Below, piece after piece: positions 39,259 through 51,765 of a stretch of DNA of 64,000 bases. The stretch is from Octopus sinensis (lineage: Eukaryota): contig NC_043000.1 of NCBI RefSeq assembly GCF_006345805.1, positions 53,940,001-54,004,000 of the forward strand. The letters are read 5' to 3'. A model generated the notes under the pieces. The model ran no database searches, was not told the origin of the DNA, and worked only from the letters and a program-made list of their open reading frames with translations. Both the position numbers and the translations under genes were made by a program. Numbering within the stretch: the first letter of the stretch is position 1; each line of letters begins with the position of its first letter.

Positions 39259-42200
39259 AAATCAAGAGAAAAGTTCTGTCACTCTTTAACGAAACTAATA
39301 CACAATCAACATTACTAAGCAACAAGAAGAGAACAAAAATACTCTGCAAATACAACATTACAGAAAAAGGGTTACCTGAGGTAAAAGAACAAGTTTCTTT
39401 GAACACAACAAACAGTTCAACTCCATCCCCACAAAATTTTATCAAGAACTTGACAGCAGACGAAGTGGAAAAATTTTGGAAATAAATATAATCGGCGAAG
39501 GAACAACCTCAGGAAAGGTCTATGAAAACAACGTACTTAGGACATGAACAATTCTATACTCCTATAAGAACTGAAGAGGTCACCCAGGCACTGCAGAAAC
39601 TAAGCAACTAGAAACTGGAAACAGTGAAGGGGAACCTAATGATTATGATATTCGAAAAATGAACATATTCAAAGAACTGAAAGTTTCACATATCAGAATG
39701 GACCACCAATTGTACCTTCCAAAAATTGAAATAGATAATAAAACAACACAAAAGAAGCTGGATACTTTTTCAAACCCATCCAAACAGGAGTACCCTTACC
39801 CAAACAAACCCTGTGGATAAATAATATCCAGAAAAAATAGAAATCAAGAGAAAAGTTCTGTCACTCTTTAACGAAACTAATACACAATCAACATTACTAA
39901 GCAACAAGAAGAGAACGAAAATACTCTGCAAATACAACATTACAGAAAAAGGCTTACCTGAGGTAAAAGAACAAGTAAAGGAAGATATCCTTGCCAAAGC
40001 ACAAATGATCCGCCTGTATGAGAAACGCCAACGTTTCTTTGAACACAACAAACAGTTCAACTCCATCCCCACAAAATTCTATCAAGAACTTGACAAAAGT
40101 AAAATAGACATCTATGCAGCACATACAGCAGACGAAGTGGAAAAATTTTGGAAATAAATATAATCGGCGAAGGAACAACCTCAGGAAAGGTCTGTGAAAA
40201 CAACGTACTTAGGACATGAACAATTCTATACTCCTATAAGAACTGAAGAGGTCACCCAGGCACTGCAGAAACTAAGCAACTAGAAGGCACCTGGGCACGG
40301 TAAGGTCTCCAACTTCTGGTTAAAATATCTGGCAGCAACTCACAAAAAGCTGGCTGAAAAGTTTAATGGCATAATACCAGAGCCAGAGACAATGCTTGAA
40401 TGGTTCGGGAAAGGGAAAAACTATCCTAATTCCCAAATTCTGAAGCGGAAACCCACAAAATTACTGACCAATTACTTGTCTCCCTATCATTTACAAAACC
40501 TTTACTTCAATAATATCGCAGAGACTGAACAAGCATCTGGAAGGAAACAACCTGTTTCCAGAAGAGCAGAAGGGATGCTGCAAGGGCTCATACTGCTGTA
40601 AATATCAACTCATAATCAATAAAGCCATACTTGAAGACAGCTGCGGAAAGAAGAAAGGCCTCAGTATGGCCTGGATCGACTACCGAAAGGCTTTTGATAG
40701 CATCATTCACACATGAATCCTAGAAACACTAACCGTGAACAAGGTAGCACCAATAATCACGAAATACATAAGGCACTCTATGAAAAAATTGCAAGCAGTG
40801 CTACAGCTCCAAACAAAGGACTCATAAAAACCAAAGCCATCTCCAAGAAGAAAGTAATATTCCCGGGAGACACGCTCTCTCCATTCCTTTTCTGCTTGGC
40901 ACAGACACCTTTATCTGACATGCTAAACACAACTAGATGCGGATACATCTGTTACGGCAAAACAATCACCCAAATCTTATATACGGATGACCTAAACCCT
41001 GTACGCTACAAATGATAAGCAGCTGGAAACATTACTACAAACAGTACATGGATTTACCAAAGAAATAAATATGAATAATATGCCAAAGCAACATAACACT
41101 AGATAAAGCCAATGAAATAAGAGAATTTAACCAAAGCCAGACATACAAATATTTAGGTATCAATGAACTAGATACAATACAAACACACAAATGAAAAGGA
41201 AAATTAAAAAGGAATACTATAGAGGAGTTACATTAATATTGAAACCAGAGCTCAATGCGAAAAACATGATAATAGGCATCAACACTCTAGCCGGCGTAGC
41301 TACAAGTTACAGCTACAATATCCTCAACAGGACACTAAATGAACTAACCAAAATAGACAGGAAAAGAAGAAAACTAATGACAGGATTTAGGATGCACCAC
41401 CCAAAATCTGACAGAAAGTTTATATATACAACCTATAGAATGTGGTAGAGGCCTTATACTTTAAGAAAACTATTGCAAAATAACCACCATAGGCCTTCAA
41501 AAATATCTACTTCAGAAGCAAGGAAAACTAATCCAAATATCCACAAAACACCAACAAAACAAATATCTATTTTCCCTCTTTAAGGAAGCTAACAAATACA
41601 AGCAAGAATTCATACTATCTAACAACTATGAAGGAGAAGAAACAACAAAAGCTGTAAAACAAATGAATTCCAAACTAAAGCTAGAACAGCAACGGATCAT
41701 GATAAAACGATGGCAAGAAAATCCCCCTCGTGGCAAATACTGGGCTAAACTAAACGTAAAATAAATAGACAAAGCAAAATCCCAGCAATGGCTTAGAAGC
41801 TCAGGACTCAAAGCAGAGACTGAAGGATTTTTAATTGCATCACAAGATCGAAGCCTTCCCACCAAAAATTACCAAAACATATAATGAAAAGAAACAAGTA
41901 ACTGCAGAATATGTGGAGATGGACAAGAAACCATAAATCATATTGTCTCTGGATGTCCAGTCCTTGCTAAGAAGGAATATATTCAGAAACGCAACAGAGT
42001 TGGGTGCTACATACATTGGAAGCTATGCCAACACTCTGGAGTAACAACAGAAAAAAACATGGTATAGGCACACGCCAGAAAAGTTCACAGAAAATGAGAA
42101 AACAACAGTACTATTGGCTATGCCAATATACACAGATAGTGAAATTAAGGCCAATAAGCCAGATATAGTTGTCAGAGATCATCAAGAAGAAAAATGCTTT

Positions 42201-42545
42201 TTAATTTATATATCAATACCAACAGATGACAACGAGTCTCTAAAGAAATGGAGAAACTTTCAAAAGACATGGAAACAGAGGTAACTCGAATGTGGAGGCT
42301 AAAAACAGAAACAAATCGTATCTTAGTTGGCGCATTAGATATAATAAAAAATATTCACAAAAATACATAACAAAAACACCAGGACTAAGAAATATATATA
42401 ACATACAGAAAATAGCACGACTAGGCAAAGCACAGATCATACGTAAAATAGTTTCAATAAAGTAACTATAAGAGCATCACAGCAAAACACATCACATACC
42501 CAAGGCACACACAGCAGCGCTCGGTAGTGCAGTGAAAGCACGTTA
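39259..42545 (+). mobile_element. Second Dong/R4-like LINE family, heavily decayed, with duplicated 5' segment
   Basis: KAPG, AWIDYRKAFDSI, IFPGDTLSPFLFC, ILYTDDL, YKYLGI, MHHPKSD, ETINHIVSGCP, NKPDIVV; many frameshifts. Confidence 0.85.
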
Positions 42546-42689
42546 TATATTAAAAAAACTACTGAATAATAAGAAGAACTAGCTGGACCCGTCAAAACTT
42601 CACGGAAAATATAAAGTATGTATACGTCGGTAAATTGTGCGCTGGTGACATGAGAAATGTTTCTATATGGTGATACATACAGAATACAC

Positions 42690-43640
42690 AAAGAAGTGTA
42701 AAACCGATAACTCTATAATCCAACCAAAATATCTCAGTAACACAAACGTAACTATGGAATAACAACAGAAAAAAAATGGTATAAGTACACGCCAGAAATG
42801 GTCACAGAAAATGAGAAAGCAACAATACTCTGGAATATGCCAATACACACAAATAGGAAAATTAAGGCTAGTAGCCAGATATAGTTGTCAGAGATCATGA
42901 AGAAAAAATTGCTTCCTAATTGATGTATCAATACCAACAGATGACAACGTTTCTTTAAAAGAAATGAAGAAACTTTCAAAATACAAAGACCTGGAAATAG
43001 AGGTAACTCGAATGTGGAATCTAAAAAAAAGAAGAAGCAACAAAAGATGTAAAACAAATGAAATCCAAACTAAAATTTTAACAGTAACGGACCATGATAA
43101 AACGATGGCAAGAAAAGCCTCTGCATGTCTGATGAAAGGAACACTTAAAAAAGAGACCGAAATCACTATACTGGTAGCGCAAGTCCAAACTTTGGCCACG
43201 AATTGGAGGGTCGACCTTAGGAATAAGCAAGTATCTCTCCAGTGCCGCAACTAAATTACAGTGGATGAAACCACTTCCCATATCACGAAGCGATGATGTA
43301 GGCTTGCCCAAAACCACTACAAGTTGTGGCATCACACTCAGGTAGCGAAAGTGATACACTGGAAGCTGTGTGAAAAGTGGGGGCTAGAGAGGGCAATATG
43401 TGGAATGAGGACAAACCACAAAGACTGGCGAACTTGGAGTATAGCAAAGACGCTGGGATTTCCCAATCCAAGCAGATCAGTTGCTAGAGCATAACAGAAC
43501 GGACCTAGTGGTGGTGGACAAGATGCACCACATATGCTGACATTGTATCAGGTAGCTGAAATAATGGATAGCAAGGTACCGTAGGCTGCAGGAAGCAAGT
43601 CCGTTACGCATGTAAGTCCAAGAGCTCCAACATAATCTGT
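42690..43640 (+). mobile_element. Additional rearranged Dong/R4-like LINE 3' fragments
   Basis: 42750-43025 repeats the RLE region of 42040-42310 (KLSKYKDLEIEVTRMW); 43030-43115 repeats 41635-41720; 43125-43640 is another RLE-region fragment (VIHWKLCEKWGL, HNRTDLVVVD). Confidence 0.75.
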
Positions 43641-43655
43641 GATAAAGAGAAATGA

Positions 43656-43656
<1 letters not shown>

Positions 43657-43727
<71 letters not shown>
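43657..43727. repeat. (TAG)n microsatellite
   Basis: Directly visible. Confidence 0.95.
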
Positions 43728-43739
43728 CTATAATGATAT

Positions 43740-43892
43740 TCAGGAACTTTTGAGCGGGATGGACTACTCGACTTGAAAGAGATTCTAAGCCCATGTGCTG
43801 TTTATCTTGATATGAGATCACCATGTCGCACACATATGGTTGTGATGCATGTGCCTGGTTTCTGATGGCATGCATTGCGTACTCACTCAATA
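43740..43892 (+). mobile_element. Dispersed repeat, copy 2 (internally deleted relative to 36655-36880)
   Basis: Direct similarity to copy 1; also ends in an AAT-rich run. Confidence 0.7.
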
Positions 43893-43975
43893 ATAATGAT
43901 GATGAGGATCATGATGATAAATTATTAATAATAATAATAATAACAACAGCAACAACAACAATTATTATTATTATT

Positions 43976-44013
<38 letters not shown>

Positions 44014-44039
44014 TAAGTCGAAGAGCGCGATTCGATTGC

Positions 44040-46230
44040 AATAGATATTTTATTGGATGAACGTTATTTCGACATTAAATGTGTCTTCGTCAGGTTGAAA
44101 ATAAGTAGTGATAAAACTTCAAAATTATAGAAATTTAAATTTAAAGTATGAAGGAAAGCAGCCAGTTTCTATACGTTGATGGAATGACATCACCAGTTTT
44201 TAAGTTTCAATTTTATAACAGGCGAAAAGAAAAAGACAGGAAAAAGAAGACAAAAAAAGAGGAAAGAAAAACAGGAAAGGTAAAAAAAAATATTTAATCA
44301 AACAGTTTTGTATAAATTTGATGATATTCTCCTGTCATTTTATTCCTTCCTCTAGGGTGTGATGTTAATAACGCGCAAACATATTTTTCCTCATACATTC
44401 TGAGAAGTGAAAGTGAAGTAGATTCAGAATATTTTCTGAGAATATGCACTTGCAAGTCATGTTCAAAATTGCAGCCGTTTGAAACGAAATGCTCGACAAG
44501 TTCTGCCAACCTACCGTTAGTGTGCCTGACGTGGAATCTGTGCCCATTAAACCTTTTCTTTAATCGTTCCGTTGTTCAACCAACATGAATCATGTTGTGC
44601 TTCGTGCATTCTACCGCGTAAACCAAATGGGAACTTCTATATGCCCCACATTCTGTATACATCATAACAGTTCTGTTATGATTCCTGATGGAATTCACTT
44701 AACTCATGGTGTTGCTCAATGAACAGGGTTACCTCTCTTGTGGCTGTTTTTCATGGTACAGCGTGCAGATTACTCAAATGTTAGTTTTATTGGAGTGAGA
44801 AATAGTGGTCAATAATTCTGTTATATTCTTATTCCGCCAAAAGGCTACAATAGGCGGCTGAGGAAATATCTGTTTGAAAGGAAAATATTTTTTCACCACA
44901 TGCTGGTAACTTTCATGCAACACTTTTGAAGTGCCAGGAAATCTGTCATCTATTGTATTGTGTTTGCTAAAATTATGCATGAAGGTTTAATTATCTTAGC
45001 TATTTCATTTGCTATTTCCTTTAATCGTGTTTCACCGTAACCGCGTTCGACATAATGATGGACAAAAGCATTTGTCTGTTTCCAGTAATCCCCCTATGTC
45101 AATACAAAACCGTTTTATCCTAAAAAATTGGGATTTCGAATTTGACCGAATAATACGACGTGGATGACGGGGGCTTGCAAAATAACTCTGTCACTATTCT
45201 GCCTCCAGAAAATTTGACTTCTGTGTCCAAAAATTCAACACTAATTTTTGAAAAACTAGACGTAAATTTTATGTTGGACTTAAAGCCATAGTTTTTAGCA
45301 TAACAGTCACAGCGATGCAAGAAATCCATTAAACTATCCTGTCATATTTCCTAGACAAAAATATGTCAGCAATGAACGGTAATCAGAGTATTACTTCATG
45401 CCGATGAAGGGAATTGAATGCCTTCAGTAACAGTGTTTCGAATTTCGTCATGAAGGCATTAGCGAAATTAACTGCCATGGGGGCACCCATGGCGCAACCT
45501 TTTGTTGGTGGTAAAATCTTTGTCTAAACTTAATCGTGTCACTTTGTAACAAAACCTCAAAAAGCTACAGAGGAAATTTGATGGAATACTTTTGTTTGAC
45601 CACGTTTCGAAGGCAATCATGCATACCTCTACCCCTTCATCGTGGTCAATATTGGGATATAAGGAACAAATATCTAAGGTTACCAAAATACAGTTCTCGA
45701 CCCGGTCTCGGAGCTTAGAAATGTTGATGATTTTAATCACAAAATCAAAAGTATCTCAAACATATGAACTCGATCTTTTTGCGACAGGGAGTAGAAAGCC
45801 ATCCAGCCATTCCAAAATATTGGCCGTGCAACATTCATATCCGCTGCAAATTGGGCGCATTGGAGGAAATCTTTCAAACTTTTTGTGCATTTCAGGGAGA
45901 CCTTAAAATACAGATGTCCTTTCTTACCGTAAAATCTGGGATTCGGCCTCATTCATGAAATTGCTTACCTCCATTTTCCTGTCTGTAATTGGGGTTTGGA
46001 TCAACAGGTAATTCTTCATACGACATTTTGTCATTTACAACTTCTTCACAAGCCGAAATATACTCGCTTTTGTCTATAAATACGGTAGCGCCTCTTTTAT
46101 CCGTCATTTTAACAACAATTCAATCTTTATTAGCTAGACGTCGGAGTGCGTAACGTTGGGAAATTTATATTGGACTTAAAGCCATAGTTTTTAGCACAAG
46201 AGTCACAGAAATATTGTATACTGTGTGACG
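44040..46230 (-). mobile_element. Decayed Penelope-like element (Neptune-like; RT plus C-terminal GIY-YIG)
   Basis: Minus strand reads KMTDKRGATVFIDK, TLDICSLYPNIDH, KGCAMG, SNIKFT...EFLDT, IFPQPPIVAFWRNKNITELL, and EHFVSNG...HPRGRNK at the end (44294-44509). Confidence 0.8.
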
Positions 46231-46232
46231 TG

Positions 46233-46233
<1 letters not shown>

Positions 46234-46282
<49 letters not shown>

Positions 46283-46305
46283 TGATGATGATAATAATAA
46301 TAATG

Positions 46306-46344
<39 letters not shown>

Positions 46345-46383
46345 TAATAATAATAATAATAATAATATATAATAATAATAATA

Positions 46384-46455
<72 letters not shown>
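46234..46455. repeat. (AAT)n microsatellite
   Basis: Directly visible. Confidence 0.95.
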
Positions 46456-47600
46456 TTGCCATATAACACGCAGAAGTAAATAGCAAAAATATCAAAATAT
46501 CCCGATTGAGCTAATTTAAGTACATGCTATAACGTTATATACCAATTCCAGTGTTTACCGTTCAATGGTAAACATTGGCTCTAAGTAAAGCAAACAGTTA
46601 CACAAAAAAACAACAAATAATGATAAAATCTTCTATAAGCGTATACCAAATCCAGCCACCCGTGAGTCTAACTCCAATACATGCGACCTTCCTATGACAG
46701 ATCTACGAAAACATACGTTGCATCAATTATGGAAAAAATACAAAAAAGAAAACATTTAGCGAATTTGAAGGTATTCATCAAGAATGTAAATAAGAAATTG
46801 TACAACCCATAAAAAAGATCCACTGGAAGAAAACACAAGCATCTTATATAGCTTATGCCCAAGTTTTCAGTTTCAGACACCTAACAAAAAGGAAAACGTG
46901 GACGTTCTTTCCAGCAGAACAGTGCATAGAAATATGTTATGTCGCACGTTGGATGCCTCTACAACTCAGCTCTTCTCTTACTCCGACTGCTACTCAACTC
47001 GACGTCTAGACTTCTCCCTCTATATCTACGTATTGGGCTAGCCTACTTCACCGTCTGTGGGCTTCGAAACAACAAAATCAAACACTAAACTGTTATTGCC
47101 AGGAATATTAAGAAGCAATTCCGGCGCCACCTAATACGAGCAACAGGATTTCCATCGGACTTTTGAGCTGATAATAAAATTCAGCACAATATAAGGTATA
47201 CTGGAAATTGCTGCAAATAAAATGGCACAGTAGACCTGGCTAACCAAAGCTGATAATGGATTCAGCAAATAAACTATCTGCAACAGGAAAACGCTTAGTC
47301 ACCAGTTTTTCCCTGAAACACCAGTTGAGCATTCACGAATATTTAGCAGTAGATTTTACCGAACTGATAAACAAACAAGTGTCAAGGCATGAATGGATGT
47401 CGGAGAAAAGAATCATTGATTTCTCAAAGCAAAAGCGCTTGGGGCAATCCAAAGAACAGGTCTACAATTTGCTCCAAAATTATGATTCCTTTACATCCAT
47501 AAAGAAGGCCGTGTTGACTGTTCACCTGCATAGAAATAACCGAAAGTGCATAAATGGGACAGGGAAGAAATAGAGAGCAGCAAGAACCACTACTAAAGAT

Positions 47601-47865
47601 AGATCAGGATAGTTATAGTTATCTTCTCAAGCCATACCGACAAGTAAGGGCCGGTTTCCCGGTTTCATGGCGAATATATTCCCCACTTTGGCGAGACGCC
47701 GATCCGTCACTGGGCCACTCATTTTGGCGAGAGTAGCGGACTGGAGCAATGTGAAATGAAATGTTTTGCTCAAGAACACAACCCGTCGCCCGGTCCCGGA
47801 ATCGAAACTACAATCTTACGATCATGAGTCCAACGACCTAACCACTAAGCCCCATGCCCCCACTC
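47601..47865 (-). mobile_element. tRNA-derived CORE-type SINE with 9-bp TSD
   Basis: Minus strand gtgggggcatggggcttagtggttaggtcgttggactc...gtttcgattccgggaccg, then gtgttcttgagcaaaacatttcatttcacattgctccag. actaaagat occurs at 47592-47600 and 47866-47874. Confidence 0.85.
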
Positions 47866-47940
47866 ACTAAAGATTTGGATTATTATAGGCAACATGTTAC
47901 GGTTTGATTACAGGAAATTCTTTAATAACTGTTTAGCATA

Positions 47941-48326
47941 TCTCTCTCTATATAAACGGCAGTTTGTCTGTGCGTTTTCTGTGTGTCTGTTTTCTCGTAC
48001 CCTCACTCTGACCACGGCTTTCAACCGATTCTGATGAAACTTGACACACACATAGCCCAATGTCATAATTCAAAACTAACGCAGCGAAAATTTTGAAAAG
48101 TTCCCCCAGTTCTGAAAAAAATCGATAAATTCGACATGGGGTCGAGAATCAGAAACCCAAACCACAGACCGTCTAGGGTACGCAACTCCACCTTTTTTAA
48201 CTCTCAAAAAAAAAATTTACCATAATTTTTTTCCCATTTTTTTGCTATTTTTTGGCTATAACTCTCTAAAAATGCTTTATAGTTATTTCCCTTACAAACC
48301 TGAGCAACGCCGGGCGATACTGCTAG
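47941..48326 (+). mobile_element. Non-autonomous Helitron, 386 bp
   Basis: Begins TC after A47940 and ends CTAG before T48327 (A|T target, no TSD). GC-rich subterminal hairpin cctgagcaacgccggg at 48299-48314, 8 nt before CTAG. Confidence 0.85.
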
Positions 48327-50939
48327 TTATTAATAAATGCGACAGAATACAGTGTACACCCCACTATGTCATATGAAAATAGGGATTTGCTTAGTATTGA
48401 GTCAAATGGAAGATAATTAAAACTGGCGTAATATCAATAAGCAGGAAACCCATTTTATTAAAGACATACATATTTACAGATTTCATAAAGAAATCTCTAG
48501 AATGAACCGCCAAATATTATAAAAGCAGTGGAAAAAATATAAAGGATTCTCATGATGTGGATAGCAGCACTGATCTGAAGAAAACGTTCATGAATCCAAT
48601 AATGATATGAGCATAAATACTGGATTAGAGAATTTGGCGAAAACTACGAAACGGGAAAGTAAATATATCAAAACCTGGAACATTAAATTAAATACGTATT
48701 CGAGAAGAAAAATAAAATGTCTCAGAGCAGAACTACCCGCAAAAATACTTTGGTTACGATCATACTCATAAAATATACCACAGAAATGTTGAAGACAAGA
48801 CGAAAATACACTCTGTAAGGGAAAGAACAATATGAAAACTGAAAACAATGCTAGAAATAAGGATACAAATTATACATGCAGTTATCATTACATTTAAAAG
48901 AACATTCTCACCTTAAATTGTAAGTTAATTGAATTAAAGATGTTAGGAAGTTAATACAGGGATGTACAAAGCCATTCTGTGTTTTCTTACGAAAACAATG
49001 ATATATTTATATTAAATGTACACTGAAAACAAAAGGAATGAGCTTCTATGTAAATATTTAAAAGCCAACAAACGATAGTTCTTATGCTGTATGTGGAATA
49101 CAGAACAATTTTCCTCAATGTATAAATAAACTGTAGCGTACGATCTAGAACAAAATACACCGAAGGAAAATATTTACATATCAACAAAATCAAAGTGATA
49201 TTTCAAAATATACTAAAGGAAACCTGACGAGAAAAGCTATTAAATATACAGACCATGAAATAGCCGTAAACCAGAGCTCAAGATTCAGAGAAACAGTAGG
49301 TCTCATATTTAGCTGTACTTAACCATAAATAAATAGAAAGCAAAATAGTGGAAAGAAGAAGCAGCCAAATGCAGATCGTGTACATTCTGTTCTTGAGAAA
49401 CCAGGTTGCAGATGGAAGTGTGTCCATGTATGCGTTTTTTATATAGTATTTCTCTGTCCAATTACGAATCATGTATTTAAATTGTATCTTTGCTAATTTG
49501 ATTTGTTCTAATTCAGTTGGAATGCAGTTTAGAATCATGTGACAATAAATTTATTAATAGAGCTAGCATGCTGAATATAGGTCATTTTAAAAATGTAATT
49601 TTTTACATATTAATCTTATATATTTCCAAAACTAATTCCCCAAATGTCGAGCGTTATATTTTTTATAGATCAATTCATGTATATTTATAAATCTGTGATT
49701 GATTTACTTGTCTATCTTAATTTCGTTATCTGAAATTATATTACTGCTTATATTTATATATTCATTTATTCAAGTTTGCCTTCACCGCGAGTTTAAATTA
49801 AAATGTGTACCATTGTATCTACCTCCGCTAGGAAATCCGTGCAATATCTTTGCCAATGTTTCATGTTGGTTATAATTTACATTAGATATCTTGAAGTCAA
49901 CCATAAACAAACAAATATGGAATGTTCATTAGATTTAATGAGAATCAGCGAAAACAGGTTAGGACAGGGTGCGTCCTTTCATTTTATATAATGAAAGGAC
50001 ATTTGTACCTTACTATGGGTATCTGAAAAATTAGCGTTCATTTATTCATGCCTTATTTGAAGTATCGCTTGTTTGGGATTACATTACTCATGGTAATTCT
50101 GTTTGAAATCCACCATTGCATAACATTGCCAAAACTATTTTGGCAGTCAATGCATGATGTAATTTCTAATATTTATACCAGCGATACACCATTACTACGA
50201 TGTATTTGTTCTATTGAATCAAAGTGTGGTGACCCTTTTATCTCCCATACTTCTCAGAATTTATATATTACCCTTCCAATTAATACATCTCCATGTTCGA
50301 TTATATTTTGACCTCGTGTCTGATGAAAATGGTTTGCAGTTGAAGTCGAACGCCTGTGAAATTTATCGTTCATTTTCGCTTTTATAGCAATTAATGCTTT
50401 GACATTTCGAGTGGATCTATTTTGCCATGTTTCTTTGAATTCGAGTTGTTCTCAATATCATTTGTTTATTTTGAAATAATTCCCTCTTACTTTTCCGTTT
50501 ATGACTTTTCATTATCGATTTCATTATGGTGTTCATACAAATTGAAACATAATTTCTCATGATTGGATATATTCTAGCGTGGTTAGAATTAGATAAATGG
50601 ATAAGATAAGGTCAGTGATTTTTATAATCAATCAAAGGTTAACAGTATTACAGTTTTATTAGTTCAAGTGAAGAGTGTTTGTGGCTAGATGTTGATCCTG
50701 TGCAGCTACAAATACATCTTCTGTTCCTGGACTTAGCCTTGGGCCCTTGTATCATTGATATAAATTTTCACTATACCCTTGTAAAATACTTATGGAAATA
50801 CTTATGACACTTGAACGTTCTTATGGAAGTATTTATGACTCCAGTCCCTGAATATTTTGGAGTGTTTTATGTTGATTTTAGCTTTGCTTAAATTTTCAAC
50901 CTTTCCGTGCATTTCTTATCTAAAACTTGAGGCTACTCA

Positions 50940-51765
50940 CCTTCTCATTTGATGTCTTTTTATCAACGTGTTTGCCTTTTCTTCCTTCTAGGTACATTTT
51001 TACGACTCCGTGATTATTAGTGTAATATATTTGACAGGTCGCTCATCCATTTCTGACAGGGTAGGAATATCATATAACAGATTTATGAGCGTCATTTTAG
51101 CATCTTATGGCCAGCATTACGTTTTTGCATACATATGTTATTATATTTTTAAGGAAGATTTAGCTGTTGTTTCTGCCACACTCAGGTAAGTGAGGGATCA
51201 TGTAATGGATCTACCTTTGATTATTATTTGGTCCATATTCAGTATTAAATGTTTCCCTAATACTTTTCATAGTCTTGGTAGTACCATTCACGACTTCCTC
51301 TTTTTTTAACAGACATAGGATATCAAGAACAATATTATCTAATGTGATATAACTTTCTCAAATTTCTCCTTCGAAAATGTGGAGCGACGGCGTAGAGTGT
51401 GGTAGTGTAGCTTCAAGAGCTAGAATTCAGAATTAAATCAAAACATAAACACATATAATAATATATGTATGCAAAAACATAATGTGGCTATAACATGCTA
51501 AAATCACTCTCATAAGTCTGTTATATGGCATACTTATCCTGCCAGAAATGGATTGGGGGCCTGACAGAGCAATAAAAATGTACCTAGAAGAAAGAGAAGG
51601 CAAACACATTACTAAAAAGATAGCAAATGAGATGATATTAAGGAAACATTGAATACTGAATATGGAGAAAACAACAATCGAAGGTATATCCATTACATCA
51701 TTCATACCCATCCCCCGCGATAAATGTGGCAGAGACAGCAGCAAATCTTCCTTCAAAAACAAGTA
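50940..51765. repeat. Two inverted, permuted copies of a LINE-like fragment
   Basis: Plus strand 50940-51262 is similar to the reverse complement of 51450-51765 (e.g. ttctaggtacattttt, catataacaga.ttatgag, aaggaagatt...gctg...tctgccaca, ccatattcagtatt.aatgtttcc). Confidence 0.75.

Larger units (their letters stand above)
46690..48850 (+). mobile_element. Very decayed RTE-like LINE remnant interrupted by a SINE and a Helitron
   Basis: KRKTWTF (~46890, APE-endonuclease-like); EPLLKI/DYYRQH rejoins across the SINE; MSINTGLENLAKT (~48605-48645, post-YADD region). Recognition is weak. Confidence 0.4.

Noticed and set aside
51433-51762. 109-aa hydrophobic ORF resembling GPCR TM1-TM2 (LNIISFAIFL...RYIFIALS)
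   Set aside because: It lies wholly within a repeat whose inverted copy at 50940-51262 does not keep the frame; no further TM segments follow.
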